From positions 178,560,001 through 178,624,000 of the forward strand of contig JBITNC010000001.1 of assembly GCA_050084985.1 (NCBI GenBank): a stretch of DNA of 64,000 bases, read 5' to 3'. A program made the translations under genes and the position numbers. Under the pieces are notes generated by a model. That model was given only the letters and a program-made list of their open reading frames with translations, was not told the origin of the DNA and did no database searches. Shown one piece after another: positions 41,578 to 55,200 of this stretch. The DNA comes from Nageia nagi (lineage: Eukaryota; Plantae; Pinophyta). Within the stretch, counting starts at the first letter, position 1; the number at the start of each line of letters is the position of its first letter.

Positions 41578-43261
41578 TTGCACAATGTGAATGCTCTAAA
41601 TATCATTAATATTTGTAATATGATGAAGTTTGAGAGAGGATACCTTACTTGCACTTGTACTTGGGCTATTTGGAATTGATTTGCATAATGTTAAATACTA
41701 TACTTCTATGGTGTGCACACTCTATTTTTGTAACTGTTCATTTTTTTTTTTCTAATTCTAAGCTTTGAATTTTTTCCTTTCTAACTTAGACATTTGATTT
41801 CTATTATATTGCCCCAATCTAAAATTTAAACTACCTATAGCTAAAATTTAAATTACTCCCAATTAAAATTGAAATTACCTCTAACTGAGACTAAAGCCAC
41901 TTTATTCTAATTGTAATTCTTGTTCCTATTCATATTCTAATCTTGCTTATTTGTTTTTTTTCATGAAATGCAACTAATATGGGATGTAGTAACCAGATGC
42001 AAGACTAATTTGGTCATGAGATATTTGATTAACATGGAAAATCTAAGAATCTCAATTAGAGATAAAGAAAAGAAAAAAATGATGAAGGAAGAAGACTTGA
42101 TAAAATGATGAGGATGAAAAGATGCAAAAAGAAAAAAAAGGAAGCAATAGAAAGTAATTGAAAATATGAAGATGTGAAGATAGGATGATTGAAAAACTTG
42201 ATGAGATTTACCATGGTAACCAAATGTATGCATGATACTAAATCATATGATATGTAACCTATGAAAGTGTGAACCTATATGAGATACATCCTATATGATA
42301 TGAAAAATTAGAAACTATAATACACTAGAGGGTGGTGGAACCACCACCATAATTTTCATTGCATTTTTTCATAAGAATTTGTAGTTCTTTGCTACAAATT
42401 TCCATTGCATTATATTGATCCATTTGTGTTGTTACTTTTTCATAAATATGAATCAAGTTAATTTGTACAACTTGAGGCATTGAACTAAGAATTTCATCTT
42501 GCAAAATCATATTAAGGAGTTCAATCTTTAATTGATACTTTTCACAAGGTCAATTTTTATGCTTTCTATATTCTTGTAATCTAATATTAATTGGATGTAA
42601 CTAAACTAAAACATGTTCATGCATACCATTATGAAAAGCATAATAATACAACTCTAGACATTCATGAATACCATCCTTTTCCAATAATATTTGTTCTTAA
42701 AACTGATCATGTAATGTCCCCAAATTTGTAAAATGTCCACTTTCTCTCCTCTTGGAGTGTGACATTCATGGTAAAGGAGGAGAAACCACAAATAAATTAA
42801 TTTAGGAGTATTTTATTAATATTTTGCATTTATTTCTATAACTAAGGCTAAAGAGACCCTTGAGGCACTCACCCTTGGATTTTATTTAATTAATCTAGCT
42901 CAATTATTTGTAATTAATGCAATATTAGTCTCTCATAATGGGATGTTGCATTTATGAGCCATTGATCTTGTAATTTGGCATCTTTAGGCAACCATTATGG
43001 GACGTTGGGCTTCTTGGGTCCCTAGATGATTTAATTTGTCATCCCAAGACACTAGAAGAGGGACATTGCACTTTGGGTGATTCCAAGGTATGAGGGATCT
43101 TGTTATAAAAGGAGATGGGATGCATCATTTGGGGGATGCTAGAAGATCATCAAAGTTTATCTCTTTTCAGGGGTTAGCAGCTAGTGGAGTTGCAGCTTTC
43201 TAGCTAGCTTAGTGGGAGAGCTTGATCTAGTGTGGAGGAGTTCTTACCTAAGCTAGGATAG

Positions 43262-43350
43262 TAGCTCAAGCCAGTGAGGTGGAGTTGCTAGAGTAGCTCA
43301 AGCTAGTGAGGTGGAGTTACTAGAATAGTTCAAGCCAGTGTGGTGGAACT
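43262..43350 (+). repeat. 32-bp tandem repeat (about 3 copies) inside LTR; second copy at ~46815-46903
   Basis: tagctcaagccagtgaggtggagttgctagag x~3. Confidence 0.85.
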
Positions 43351-43984
43351 ATTCCATCCCTGATCTAGATCTAGCTAGTGGGGTAGATCTAGATCTAGCA
43401 AATGTGGCCATATTCCACATCCAGATCTAACCTACCAAATTAGTGTGAGGAGGTACATCTTAGATCCAAACCAGCTGAATCAATGTGAGGAGGTTCATAT
43501 AGCATTGGGGAGAAGAGATTGAATAACTTATAGGGCCAGATCATCCAAATCTACTTTGTGAGGTCAAATGTCCCCCTTCTTGAGCATTTGGGTATTTTTC
43601 CTTGAGTATTATACTTTTCCATTTGGGATGTCCTAGCTCTTGAAGAATAAAATTAATTTCTAGCTCTATTTCTTATTCAATTTGTAGATCCAATTTGAAT
43701 TGAGCTAGATAGAAAAATATAAAAATATATATAAATTACTAAGTAGTGATATTTCAACTTTGGAATATTACACTTTAACAAAAATTACATTTTGTGAGTT
43801 TTGGGGATATTATAGTGGTATCAGAGCCTATTTTCCTACTAGCCTATACTAGCTCATGCTACCCAAGATCCATAATTACTACTTGAGAGGAAGAAGTGAT
43901 CCTGATTACTAGCTGAACTTGGAGGAGAGATACGTAATAGATTTGGAGGGATCTAAAGAGTGGGAGGAAGCCAGATAAGGGAAC

Positions 43985-46270
43985 ATGGCCAATTCCAACA
44001 TAGCCATCCTGGATGCATTAAGGAAGATGATGGAGTAATTGCAGATACTCACATCCCAAAGAGGGAACCAAACTCCACCACCCAGCTAGGAGAATGGAAA
44101 TAGCCAAGGAGAGAGCTCATTTGGGGCTAGATCTCATTACTGGAAGTCTATACCTATTCCACCTAAGCCTCTTTTTAGAAAAGAGGAAGATCCAGAGGAG
44201 ATCTATCGAAGACATCAGGAGAGGCTCAACCAATTATTTGATGAGTACATGGCCAAACTAGTAGAGTATAGAAACATCATATCTTTCTAAGAATTTCATG
44301 GACAATTGGAGGGAGGATAAGGAGGATGCCCACCTATCTTTAAGGAGCCATTACAAAAGATCCAATTAGAGAAATTTGATGGAGGTGCAGGGATCTTGAT
44401 AAGAGGATGGATTCACTAGCTCCAAATGTACCTATCTTTCAATTCCATGGTAGAAGATAAGGCCATACATTTTACCACACTCTCCCTAAAGGGATGAGCC
44501 TATGAGTGGTGGCACCATGGATTGAAAATGTTGGGGCATGACCAGATCTCAACTTTTGATGAATTTTGCTAAAGGTTGTTGGAATGTTTTGAAAAGAAGA
44601 TTGAAGAAAGTTACTTCCATGAGCTCACCAAGATCCAATAGAAAGGTATAGTTGAAGAATATGTAGATGAGTTTATGAATGTTTCTATTATAGTTTTAGA
44701 TCTATCAGAAGCTAGAAGGATAGCTATGTTCATGGAGGGTTTGAATGAAAATATCAAAGCATCTATCAAAGCATTTGAGCCAACTAATCTTAATGAAGTA
44801 ATTAGAAGGGATATAGCACTTGAATCAACTAGTCTGATTCAAGGGAAGAGTAATCAAGGAAGGATGCAACCACCCCAGCAATAAATTATGCCAGCAAGTA
44901 CAATGAATGGGAGCTAAGGAAGGCTCATGTCTCCACTAAGGAGAAATGCATGGCCATTGGAGCAGACATAGAGGGATCAAGAGATCTTATGTTTTGAAAT
45001 GAGAAGGAAAATGTGCTTTATTTGTAGAGGATCATGGGAGCTAAGCCATCGTTGCAATGGGAAGGTACAACTCAGTTATGTAGAGGTAGTGGAGATGGAG
45101 GAACTTGAATCAGATGTGTGGAGCATTTCAAAATTTGTGGAAGATTTTTCCACTCATAGCACCTTGGACACCATTCATGGATCATCCCATTGCCCTACAT
45201 TACACATTCAAGGAAGATCTCTAGGAGAAGAAGTGACTATTCTTATCGATGGAGGGGAATCTCACAACTTCATTGATGCTTTATTTGCTACTAAGAAAGG
45301 AGTAAGGATGGACATTTTTGAAGGATTCAATGTGGCCAATGCTAATAGCTATATCTCATTTTGTAATAAGGTGATTAGACAAATTCTAGTTGAGACCAAT
45401 AATTACTCCATGAGAAGTGATTTCTATGTATATCCCATGGGAGGGACCTTGCACATGGTCTTTAGAATTCAATGGCTGAAAAATTTGAGGGAGATTAGGA
45501 CAAATTATGACACCTTAGAAATGAAGTTCTTGGCAAATGGAAAGGATGTCATCATGAGAGGATTGTAGGGTAGCAATAGGGCCACTTCACAAGCCCATCT
45601 ATTGGAAGTAATAGAAGATCAAAAGTAGCAACATCAAATCATTCCTCACATCCCAAATAGAACTACCATGCAAGATGTCACCTAGTCCCAAGGTAACACA
45701 CCCACATTTGCTTAGCCACTAATGAATTGGTTAAGAGTGTTCTTTTTTTGGATAATAAGTTAGAGCTTGATTGAACATTGGAAACAAGTGATAATACTTG
45801 CAGGTCAAATTTACTTCTCTTTGGCATATATGTCCCTGTTACAAGTATATTGCTACAAAAGTTTTTGGGACAAATTATCTATCATCTTGCTTAAAATGAG
45901 AAATAGAGGGATTGGAGATTTGGTATTACTTCATCATACTTTTCCTTGTGAACCACTCAGCCACTTAGACCATTGGGATGTTGGGATGAATGTATTCATG
46001 CTTGCTAAAATTATGGATTCTCCCTCCCATCATGTGATGCAGTCCTAGATAGAAGATAACCCACTAGCACTCCTTGATTTCATTCAGGACTTGGACATTG
46101 GGTTATGGAGCTATGAAGGTAGACATTTTGGCCATCACTTGCAGCAAAAAATTGAAACTCTTTCTCCTTGTTCTTTCATCCACATTACAGCTTTTTAGGA
46201 TGGGAAAGAGAAGGGCCAATTTATCTTGAGTTGCTTGGGGACAAGCAATTCAGGAAGGGGAGACTTGTAA
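43985..46270 (+). pseudogene. Single-frame Gag-aspartic protease-unknown C-terminal extension (762 codons, 18 internal stops, no frameshift)
   Basis: ATG 43985, ORFs 44675, 44999 and 45767, and final TAA 46268-46270 share one frame by manual translation. All stops are reachable by single C>T or G>A changes. Confidence 0.85.
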
Positions 46271-49200
46271 TGTACCCAAATTTGTAAAATGTACACTTTC
46301 TCTCCTCTTGGAGTGTGACATTCATGGCAAAGGAGGAGAAACCAAAAATAAATTAATTTAGGAGTATTTTATTAATATTTTACATTTATTTCTATAACCA
46401 AGGCTAAAGAGACCCTTGAGGCACTCACCCTTGGATTTTATTTAATTAATCTAGCTCAATTATTTGTAATTAATGTAATATTAGTCTCTCATAATGGGAT
46501 GTTGCATTTATGAGCCATTGATCTTGTAATTTGGCATCTTTAGGCAACCATTATGGGACATTGGGCTTCCTGGGTCCCTAGATGATTTAATTTATCATCC
46601 CAAGACACTAGAAGAGGGATATTACACTTTGGGTGATTCCAAGGTATGAGAGATCTTGTTATAAAAGGAGATGGGATGCATCATTTGGGGGATGTTGGAA
46701 GATCATCAAAGTTTATCTCTTTTCAGGGGTTAGCAGCTAGTGGAGTTGCAGCTTTCCAGCTAGCTTAGTGGGAGAGCTTGATCTAGTGTGGAGTTCTTAC
46801 CTAAGCTAGGATAGTAGCTCAAGCCAGTGAGGTGGAGTTGCTAGAGTAGCTCAAGCTAGTGAGGTGGAGTTACTAGAATAGTTCAAGCCAGTGTGGTGGA
46901 ACTATTCCATCCCTGATCTAGATCTAGCTAGTGGGGTAGATCTAGATCTAGCAAATGTGGCCATATTCCACATCCAGATCTAACCTACCAAATTAGTGTG
47001 AGGAGGTACATCTTAGATCCAAACCAACTGAATCAATGTGAGGAGGTTCATATAGCATTGGGGAGAAGAGATTGAATAACTTACAGGGCCAGATCATCCA
47101 AATCTACTTTGTGAGGTCAAATGTCCCCCTTCTTGAGCATTTGGGTATTTTTCCTTGAGTATTATACTTTTCCATTTGGGATGTCCTAGCTCTTGAAGAA
47201 TAAAATTCATTTCTGGCTCTATTTCTTATTCAATTTGTAGATCCAATTTGAATTGAGCTAGATAGAAAAATATAAAAATATATATAAATTACTAAGTAGT
47301 GATATTTCAACTTTGGAATATTACACTTTAACAAAAATTACATTTTGTGAGTTTTGGGGATATTACAGATCAATCTTTTGACTTTACATGGCTTGACATA
47401 ATAATTTAAAAGATTTAGCTTTGAAAAAAAATTAAGTGTGAAAATATTGAATGCATACTTTTCTAAGGATCAACCTTTTTATTTTATATATTCTTGTAAT
47501 CAAGCCTCAATTAGATGCAACTAAACTAAATTTTGACATGTTCTTTTTTGATAAGACTTTTTTTTTTCTACTTTCTATGATGGGTAAAATTTTTCATCAT
47601 GGGAACTTTGTTTAGGATTCTCCATGGCATGGGCACTATGAGGTTTTAAGTTTTCATAGGATATTACTTTTTGACAACATTATTTTGGTTCTAATTGTTA
47701 ATATTGAGGTTGAGGTTAGAAATTTATTCAAGTTCCTTTTGTATTGGTTTAAGGTTTTAAACTATGTTTTTTTTTTCATATTTCATCCTTCTAAATTATT
47801 TGCATATAATATTTTTTTGCATTTGGATCTTCTAATAATGAATCTAGTTCTTTTCTTAGAAATGCATGATATTTTTCCTTTGACTCAAAATTAACATAAA
47901 TAGCTAACATTAAAGAAGGATTGGCTAACATATGCTCTTTCATTTTCTTGAGTTGATATTGAGATGATAAAATTTCAAATGGAATATCTTACATCTCAAA
48001 CTTATCCATGGCTTCAAGGTTTAAATATGCATCATAATCAATTTTATCCATATAATCATCATGATCACTATCATTATCACTACACTATCATTATCATTCA
48101 CTTTATTTTCAATGATTGACATATCATTTTGCATATAATCATCATTTAAACATGAATTTGGTAAACTAATTTCTTCATAATATTATTTTTTATTGGTACT
48201 TTACATAAAATTCACATCTTTACGCATTTCTTACTTAGGATATATTGTAAAGTATCACTTAGAATATTCTAGAATCCAATAAAATTACTTATAATATCCA
48301 TGTTAAAATGCAATATCTAGAGATTTGCACAAAAATTTAAGAAATATGAAAAAACAAACACTTTTACACCATGAAAAAATAAAAATAATTTGCTAACATA
48401 TATACTTATGATGTGGGACAAGTTTTATGATGCTAGAACTTTCAAAATTCAAGAAAACAACCTTCAAAATTCAACATTTTATGTACAAAATTTTTATTTA
48501 AAAATATCTAGAAATCTTGACAAAAATGCATGCAATAAGCCCAAATTAATCTCAAAAAGTTATCTACTATGATAACCTATGATTTTGTCAAGTTTTTATC
48601 ATGAAACAAGTCACCAAATAGTTCCTATTGATTTTCAAAATTTAGTATTTTTTAATGTGACATTTTTTAAAAAATTGATTAAAATGTGCAAATATAGACC
48701 TCAAAAAAAAAAAAATTATATTTATCTATGGTTTGGACAAAATGTTTTAATGCTATATATCACCAAATTGAATAAAATGATCTCAAAATAATGGATTTTT
48801 CTATAGTGATATTTTTCATGATTTGTTTTCAACAAATAAAATTTTTTAAATTTGGGAAAAATTAATTCATCCAAAAATAAAATAAAACTTAGGGTTCCTA
48901 ATGCAAGACTCTTCAGTAAAAACAATTCCCTAAAATAAAAATTTTAAGTTTTGTAGGATCAATTGTGGTTCACCAAAAATGTAAACTCTAAATTATGATT
49001 TACTGTAATAAATATAATAAACATAAATATATAATATAGATGCAAATCACTTATCTAGATTATCTAAATGAAACCAAGAAAGTGGGTACCTAATAAGAGA
49101 AGCAAATAATCCTTAAGGTATGACAAAAGTATATGGAGGATTGAATCGTATCAAACATGAACTTTATGATGATATTCCATTGTGTGAACAAGCATTCATC

Positions 49201-52200
49201 ACCTCTTTTATTTTTAACCCTAGATCACAAATATGCAAGGTATGAATGACATGTAAACAATACATAATTACAACATTGAAAACTTAAACCCTACATAATT
49301 ATGATGCAAGTAAAATACAACAAGTAGATAAAGCTTAGAGCATAACAAATTCTCAAATAGATGGCATTTAGAGACACCATAAGTGTAGTAAAATCGATGT
49401 ATGAACAACCACCTATCAGATAGAATCGATAGAGGTTATTATATTATTCACTTCCTTTTATACTTGCAAGGACAAAAGAGAAAGTGAGAGTTGACTTTGA
49501 AATAATAATAATAATAATCTTAATAGAATTATAGAATAACATGAAATATTAATGTTATTCTTAAGACAATTCTAGATAGAAATATTATAAGAGATATTAT
49601 CCTTGATTATCACATGTTTAGTATTTATTTAGTATATTAGTCTTGATATTATAGATATTTACATGATTTAAATAATATATGATGTAGATACTTTAAAATA
49701 TGATTTATTAATAAATAATAAATCCTTTTTAAATGTCTGCATACATTGTATTACTTTCAATATTAAAATATCATCTTCATTTAATTAAAAGATATTTGAT
49801 ACTTTTGATGTGCAATTTACAATAAAAATTAACTTCATAAAGAGCCTATTAGTATGTATTTTAGTTGTTATAAGGATATTATGAACCCTTTTACCACATT
49901 TTTCTTACCATAAGAAATTATGATTAAAAGCACATTATATTAACCCTCCTTAATTAAGAGGGTCTCAATTCAATGATATAATATGGATTTTGACTTTAAT
50001 AGAGCTAAGATAACAATACACTTATGTAATATATGTTTTTTGTAAGTACTTGAAAACAACAATTATGTTTTCCTTAATATGATATTATTCACTAGTTTTA
50101 TCTTGAGAATAATATCACATGAGTTATTTAAAAATATATAAATTCGAGATGAGATTATAGAATAAAAATACTAATATGAAGAAAAAGAAAGTACTTTTTT
50201 ACTTAAAATTTTTATATAAATTTCATTAAAAATTTTATATAAATTTCATTAAAATTTTAAAATAATTTTTTTTACAGTATTAAGGTTTATCACTTTTTAC
50301 ATACATTCTATAGACACTTGAAAATGAATTCTCACTTATTAAATCATTCATGTTTATAATTTATTTTTACGGCATCAATGGATATTATTATACAAAGGGG
50401 TTAAATACACCTTATGTGATATAATTTATTTAAAAAGGACAACCAAATGATGTAAGTGGTGTAAAATATCAAGAAAGGTATCACAACCTATGTAATACAT
50501 GAAGATCTCAAGAAAAGAAAAGGATCAAGACATTGCTATAAAAGAATATCAAAACTAAAGGATTCTCTATTGGATAATTAGGTATCAGATAGGTGGACAT
50601 ATGAACATCATATCATCCAAAAATAATAGTATTTTGTAACACCACCTATCTAAGGATCTATTATCTACTCTTTACCATGTTTCTCATTATTTAATTTTGA
50701 TATCTGATCTTACCTCTTTTATGGTATCAACATCATTCATGATTTGATTTTATAACACCTGTGTCATGATTCTAGAGTTTGACCAAATTGGATCTAAGGG
50801 AAAAACTTATTCATGACCTAAGCATGCATATTTGATGAAAGGTAAATTTTTATCATATTACAAAAAAGACATTTTTATATATACTTCAATAAGTTCATTG
50901 TAGAGAAATAATGCTTTGTTTTATTACAATATCATTATTTGTTGTCTACATTTTTGTGAACCCATTATTTCAAGTGATTTTACCCTCCTTGTTAAGAATC
51001 TAGCATAATTATGTAATAGATCTCACTCCATTGATATCATGATCTACCTATTTTGAAGGCATCAATGTCATAAATATGGATATAAATAAGATGAAAGAAA
51101 TATTTTTTAACTTTGTTGTATCATTGATGGCATAAATGGTCAAATATGCTCTTAATGCACACATATCACAAGCTTCTACCAGTACCAATAAACTCTTATT
51201 TGATGATACCATAACTATAAGGGTGTTAAAGATTAATAATAATCATAGATATTGACAAAAGAAAAAAGACTATGATGGTGTTTTCACATCACCTTTTTTG
51301 GAAGATATCTGTAACTTTCCCCTACCATTTGATATTAAGTGCCTTAAGGTTGAGATGTTTAGTGGCAATTAGGACCTAAAGTAATATCTTATAATCTTTT
51401 GAGAGGAGTGCTTGTTGAAATTAGGATATGAAGAGAATTTGATGGTCAAATTCTTCCCAAGGAATATGAAAGATGATGTCAACCAATGATTTTACAACTT
51501 ATCATTGAGATCAACTGACTCATTTAAATTGTTGGTTAAGGTATTTATGAATCAATATAAGCATAATATCAATGAGCAAAGTACTATTATAGAGTTTGTG
51601 CCCTACTCTAAGGGCCTAATGAAATCCTAGAAATATATATTATAAGATTCAAAAAGGTATAATTATTTATTCACATTAAGTTAGATAGAGTTGAAATTTA
51701 TGGTATTTTTATTAATTTCATTCTTACCATTATTAAGCAACATGCACTTGACAATATTAAATTAGGATTTGCAATAATAATAAAATGATTTTTAGTAAAA
51801 GAGAAGATCTTAATGGAGCTTGGAATACTCAAGTGTACACCTAGCATATACAATATAGATAATCATAAGCCTTATACTAAATAAGAGGGAAAAAATTAAA
51901 TATTACTAAAACACATGCTCTAACTAGATCTGCTACATAGAGAAATAGTGCATTTACATTTCCTATTCAACTAAGATTTAACTTAAAGGATCTTGTCAAG
52001 AAGGGATTATTCAAACCAATGGATAAAAAAGCTCAAGATGATATTGTATCATATAGTGATATGGATTCTTATTGCATTTATCATCAAAGAAGGAGGAACA
52101 CTATAAATAAATGTAAATCTCTAAAATTTGTTATCTTGAATCTCATAGTGTAAGGAAAGCATAAAATCAAGGAAGATAACTCCTCTACTCCAAATCAAAC

Positions 52201-55200
52201 AATCAATAACATATCTATGGATGAAAAATTTTATGCTATAATTCAAAGAGGATGTTCAAGATTTATCCCAAATTTAGTTATTGCTAAATAAGTATGTGTT
52301 TCACCTAATCCTAAAGCTTACAATATAATAGAGAAAATTAAAACTACTCTTGCTAAGATTAGTTTATATGATCTCACTAATAAATCAAAAAAATTTAGAG
52401 AGATCTTATATGAGTTATTTAAAAAAGAAAAAATCCCCACAAATATCTCTACCATATTATTTTATGAGAAAATACAATATCTTAAACAATGTGATAAAAT
52501 TACCTTTTTCAAACCTAAAAAACATAGCAAAAAAGTGATCTATGAATGACTATCCCTCTTTATTACACTTATGATACATGTTTGGGAAATTAAAAGAGGA
52601 ATTGTAGATAGTGTATTAGATGTAAATTTTTGTTCTCAAAACTTCTTATAAGATCTCCATAATAATGACATCCAAATTCCCCCCATGGATGAATCAAGCT
52701 TCTATATTAATTAGATCCTTTGATAGCTCATCTTAGAGACCCCTTGGTTTAATCTCACTCCTTGTCACACTAGGCCCATGAACTGTTGAAACTTATTTTC
52801 ATGTCATGTGTGGTAAACTTTCTTATAATTTGCTACTAGTAAGACCTTAGCCTCATGATATGGATGTAGTACAATTCTATAGTGCATTGTCATTTACAAT
52901 TTGAATATGAAGGTTAAATACACATAGTGTTAGTAGATCTAGATTCCTATGAGTTATGTAATTTCGTAAATATGGATATTAAAGGGTTAGATATGCATCA
53001 TGCTAATTTATTTGATTCAACTCCAAGAGAAGTTTAGTTAGCATTAATAAGGGTAGATACAAATATTCAAATTGTAGACTCAGACATGGTAATGTATAAA
53101 TTTTAGAACTTGGATTCATTAGCCTCAAATCTTGGATGAACAAAAATATTATAGTTTGAGCAATGCCCATGTTATGTTGAGGGGAATCCACATCATGAAA
53201 ATGAAGGGAACTCAAGAAATTCTTTCTCTATAACATATTTATCTTTAATATTTATCTAATAATGAAAAAAATAAAACAAATCACAAGTAATATTTGCACC
53301 TCTTTTCCATCCACTTCTACAAAAAAGTATATGACACAAAATTGCAATTATAAAGGAGGATTAGTAAAATAAAAATAAGAGATACCTTCTTTTCCTACAT
53401 ATTCAAGAGCTTAAAAAGATAAAAAAGGATTGGGTTTTGATCAAAATACTAATAAAATGTAGGACCTATAAAATTTGTTCCAAAATGTACTATGTTAGAA
53501 CTTTATGATGATATTGATGAGGATTTGTATATTGATGATATTATACCTCTTGAGTTTAATTGTTTTGATATTTATGATGATTTATTTGAGTACATGGTAG
53601 CACATTCAAAATTTCCTAAATAAAATAAGAAAAGGTATCCAAATTATGTTTAATGAGGTTTTTCAAATATAATAGGATGATGATGAAGAGAATGAGGTTC
53701 ATGATGTTCCTATATTAGAAGAGTTACCTTCTATATTATAAAAGAAAGATGAAATACCTTTTTCTATTGAAGAATTAGTTGATGCCAATACTGGCACAAG
53801 TGAGCAAGAAAGTATTATCAAAATTAGAGGTACTCTTCTTACAAACCAAAAAGAAAGGTACAAAAACAAATTTATTCAATGCAATAAAAACTTTACATAG
53901 TCTTATTCTAATATTCCTAGTTTAGATCTATCATTTTTCATGCATAGTTTGCCACACAAAAAAGAGCAAAACCTATTAAATAAAAATATAAAAATGCATC
54001 CTTCTAAGGAATTTTTAATTAAGAAAGAGGTTGAAAAATATTTGAATATTGATTTCATTAGGCCTATAGACTACTCAGAATGGATGGCTAATATTGTTCC
54101 TATCACCAAATCTACTAGAGAGATAATAATTTGTATTGATTTTATATACATTAATAATGCTTTCCTAAAATATGATTTTCCATTGCCAAACATTGATATG
54201 ATTATGGATAGTATTATTGGTAATGATACTTTATCTTTCATGGATAGCTTCTCAAGATATAATAGGATTTTAATCAATGTAATTAATCAACTTGAAATAG
54301 ATTTTACTACACCATGGGGCAATTTTTGTTGGAAGATTATGATGTTTGGTCTAAAAAATACAAGAGCAACTTATCGACATGCAATGGCTACTATTTTTCA
54401 TAAGCATATTCATAAATTAGTGGATGTGTACATCAATGATAACTTAGTAAAATCAAAATAAGGATAGGTTCATTTACAACTTCTTGAAGAGATATTTGGC
54501 ATTTTCAAAAAGTGTAAGCTTGGATTAAAACCTCAAAAATATGCCTTTGGTATCACTTCAAGAAAATTTCTAGATTTCATGGTTTCAAAATGAGGACTTG
54601 AAGTAGATACCAAAAAGGTAAAAGCCTTTGTTAGCATGCCACCTCCCAAGAATCTCAAGAAATTAAGAATTATCCAAGGTAAGATAAATTTAGTAATAAT
54701 ATTCATTCCTCATTTTGGTGATAAATATATCCATTCACTCATTTGTTTAAGAAAGATATAAAATTTATATGGGATGCAAACTACTAAAAAGTATTTGATA
54801 ATATCAAACAATATTTTCTCAATCCACCATACTTTTTTCCCATGGAATTTAACAAATAAGCATACCTCTATATATTAGCCATATTGTATGCCTTAGGGGA
54901 AATATTATGTTAACAAGATAATGACAAAAAAGAAAGAGCCATCTACTACCTCAATAGATCTCTCCTAGAATATGAAACAAGGTATACTCCCATGAAAAAC
55001 CTTTATTTTATTATTGTGTTTGCTGCTAAAAAATTGAGGTATTATCTTTTATATTATACTACATATATTGTTAGCTTTGTTAATACACTTAAATACCTCA
55101 TATCCAAGCAACATCTCTTAGGAAGAGTTGCTAAGTGGTTGATGTTATTACAAGATTTGATATAAATATGGTAAAGTATAAATTTGTAAAGGGCCAAGCA

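Larger units (their letters stand above)
42710..47367 (+). mobile_element. Non-autonomous chromovirus-type LTR element with gag plus protease only (TR-GAG-like), near-identical LTRs
   Basis: LTRs 42710-43814 and 46266-47367; perfect TSD GATCA; PBS TGGTATCAGAGCC at 43816-43828; PPT AGGAAGGGGAGAC. Gag (AYEWWHHG, CFICRGSWELSHRC) and protease (ILIDGGESHNFID) present; no RT, RH or IN. Confidence 0.96.
39968..49741 (-). mobile_element. Non-autonomous Ogre/Tat-related LTR element (host of the nested 42710-47367 element)
   Basis: LTRs 39968-40725 and 48980-49741; TSD tatat/tacat; PBS TGGTGAACC on the minus strand at ~48975-48967; PPT CAAAGAGGAGAAAAA at 40740-40726. No RT/IN motifs; only decayed acidic/coiled ORF pieces (48180-47400, ORF 42325..42510). 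Confidence 0.88.

Noticed and set aside
48300-48950. Possible MITE and short ORFs 48390-48925
   Set aside because: Lies just inside the PBS of the 39968-49741 element with no TIR or TSD; best read as its 5' UTR
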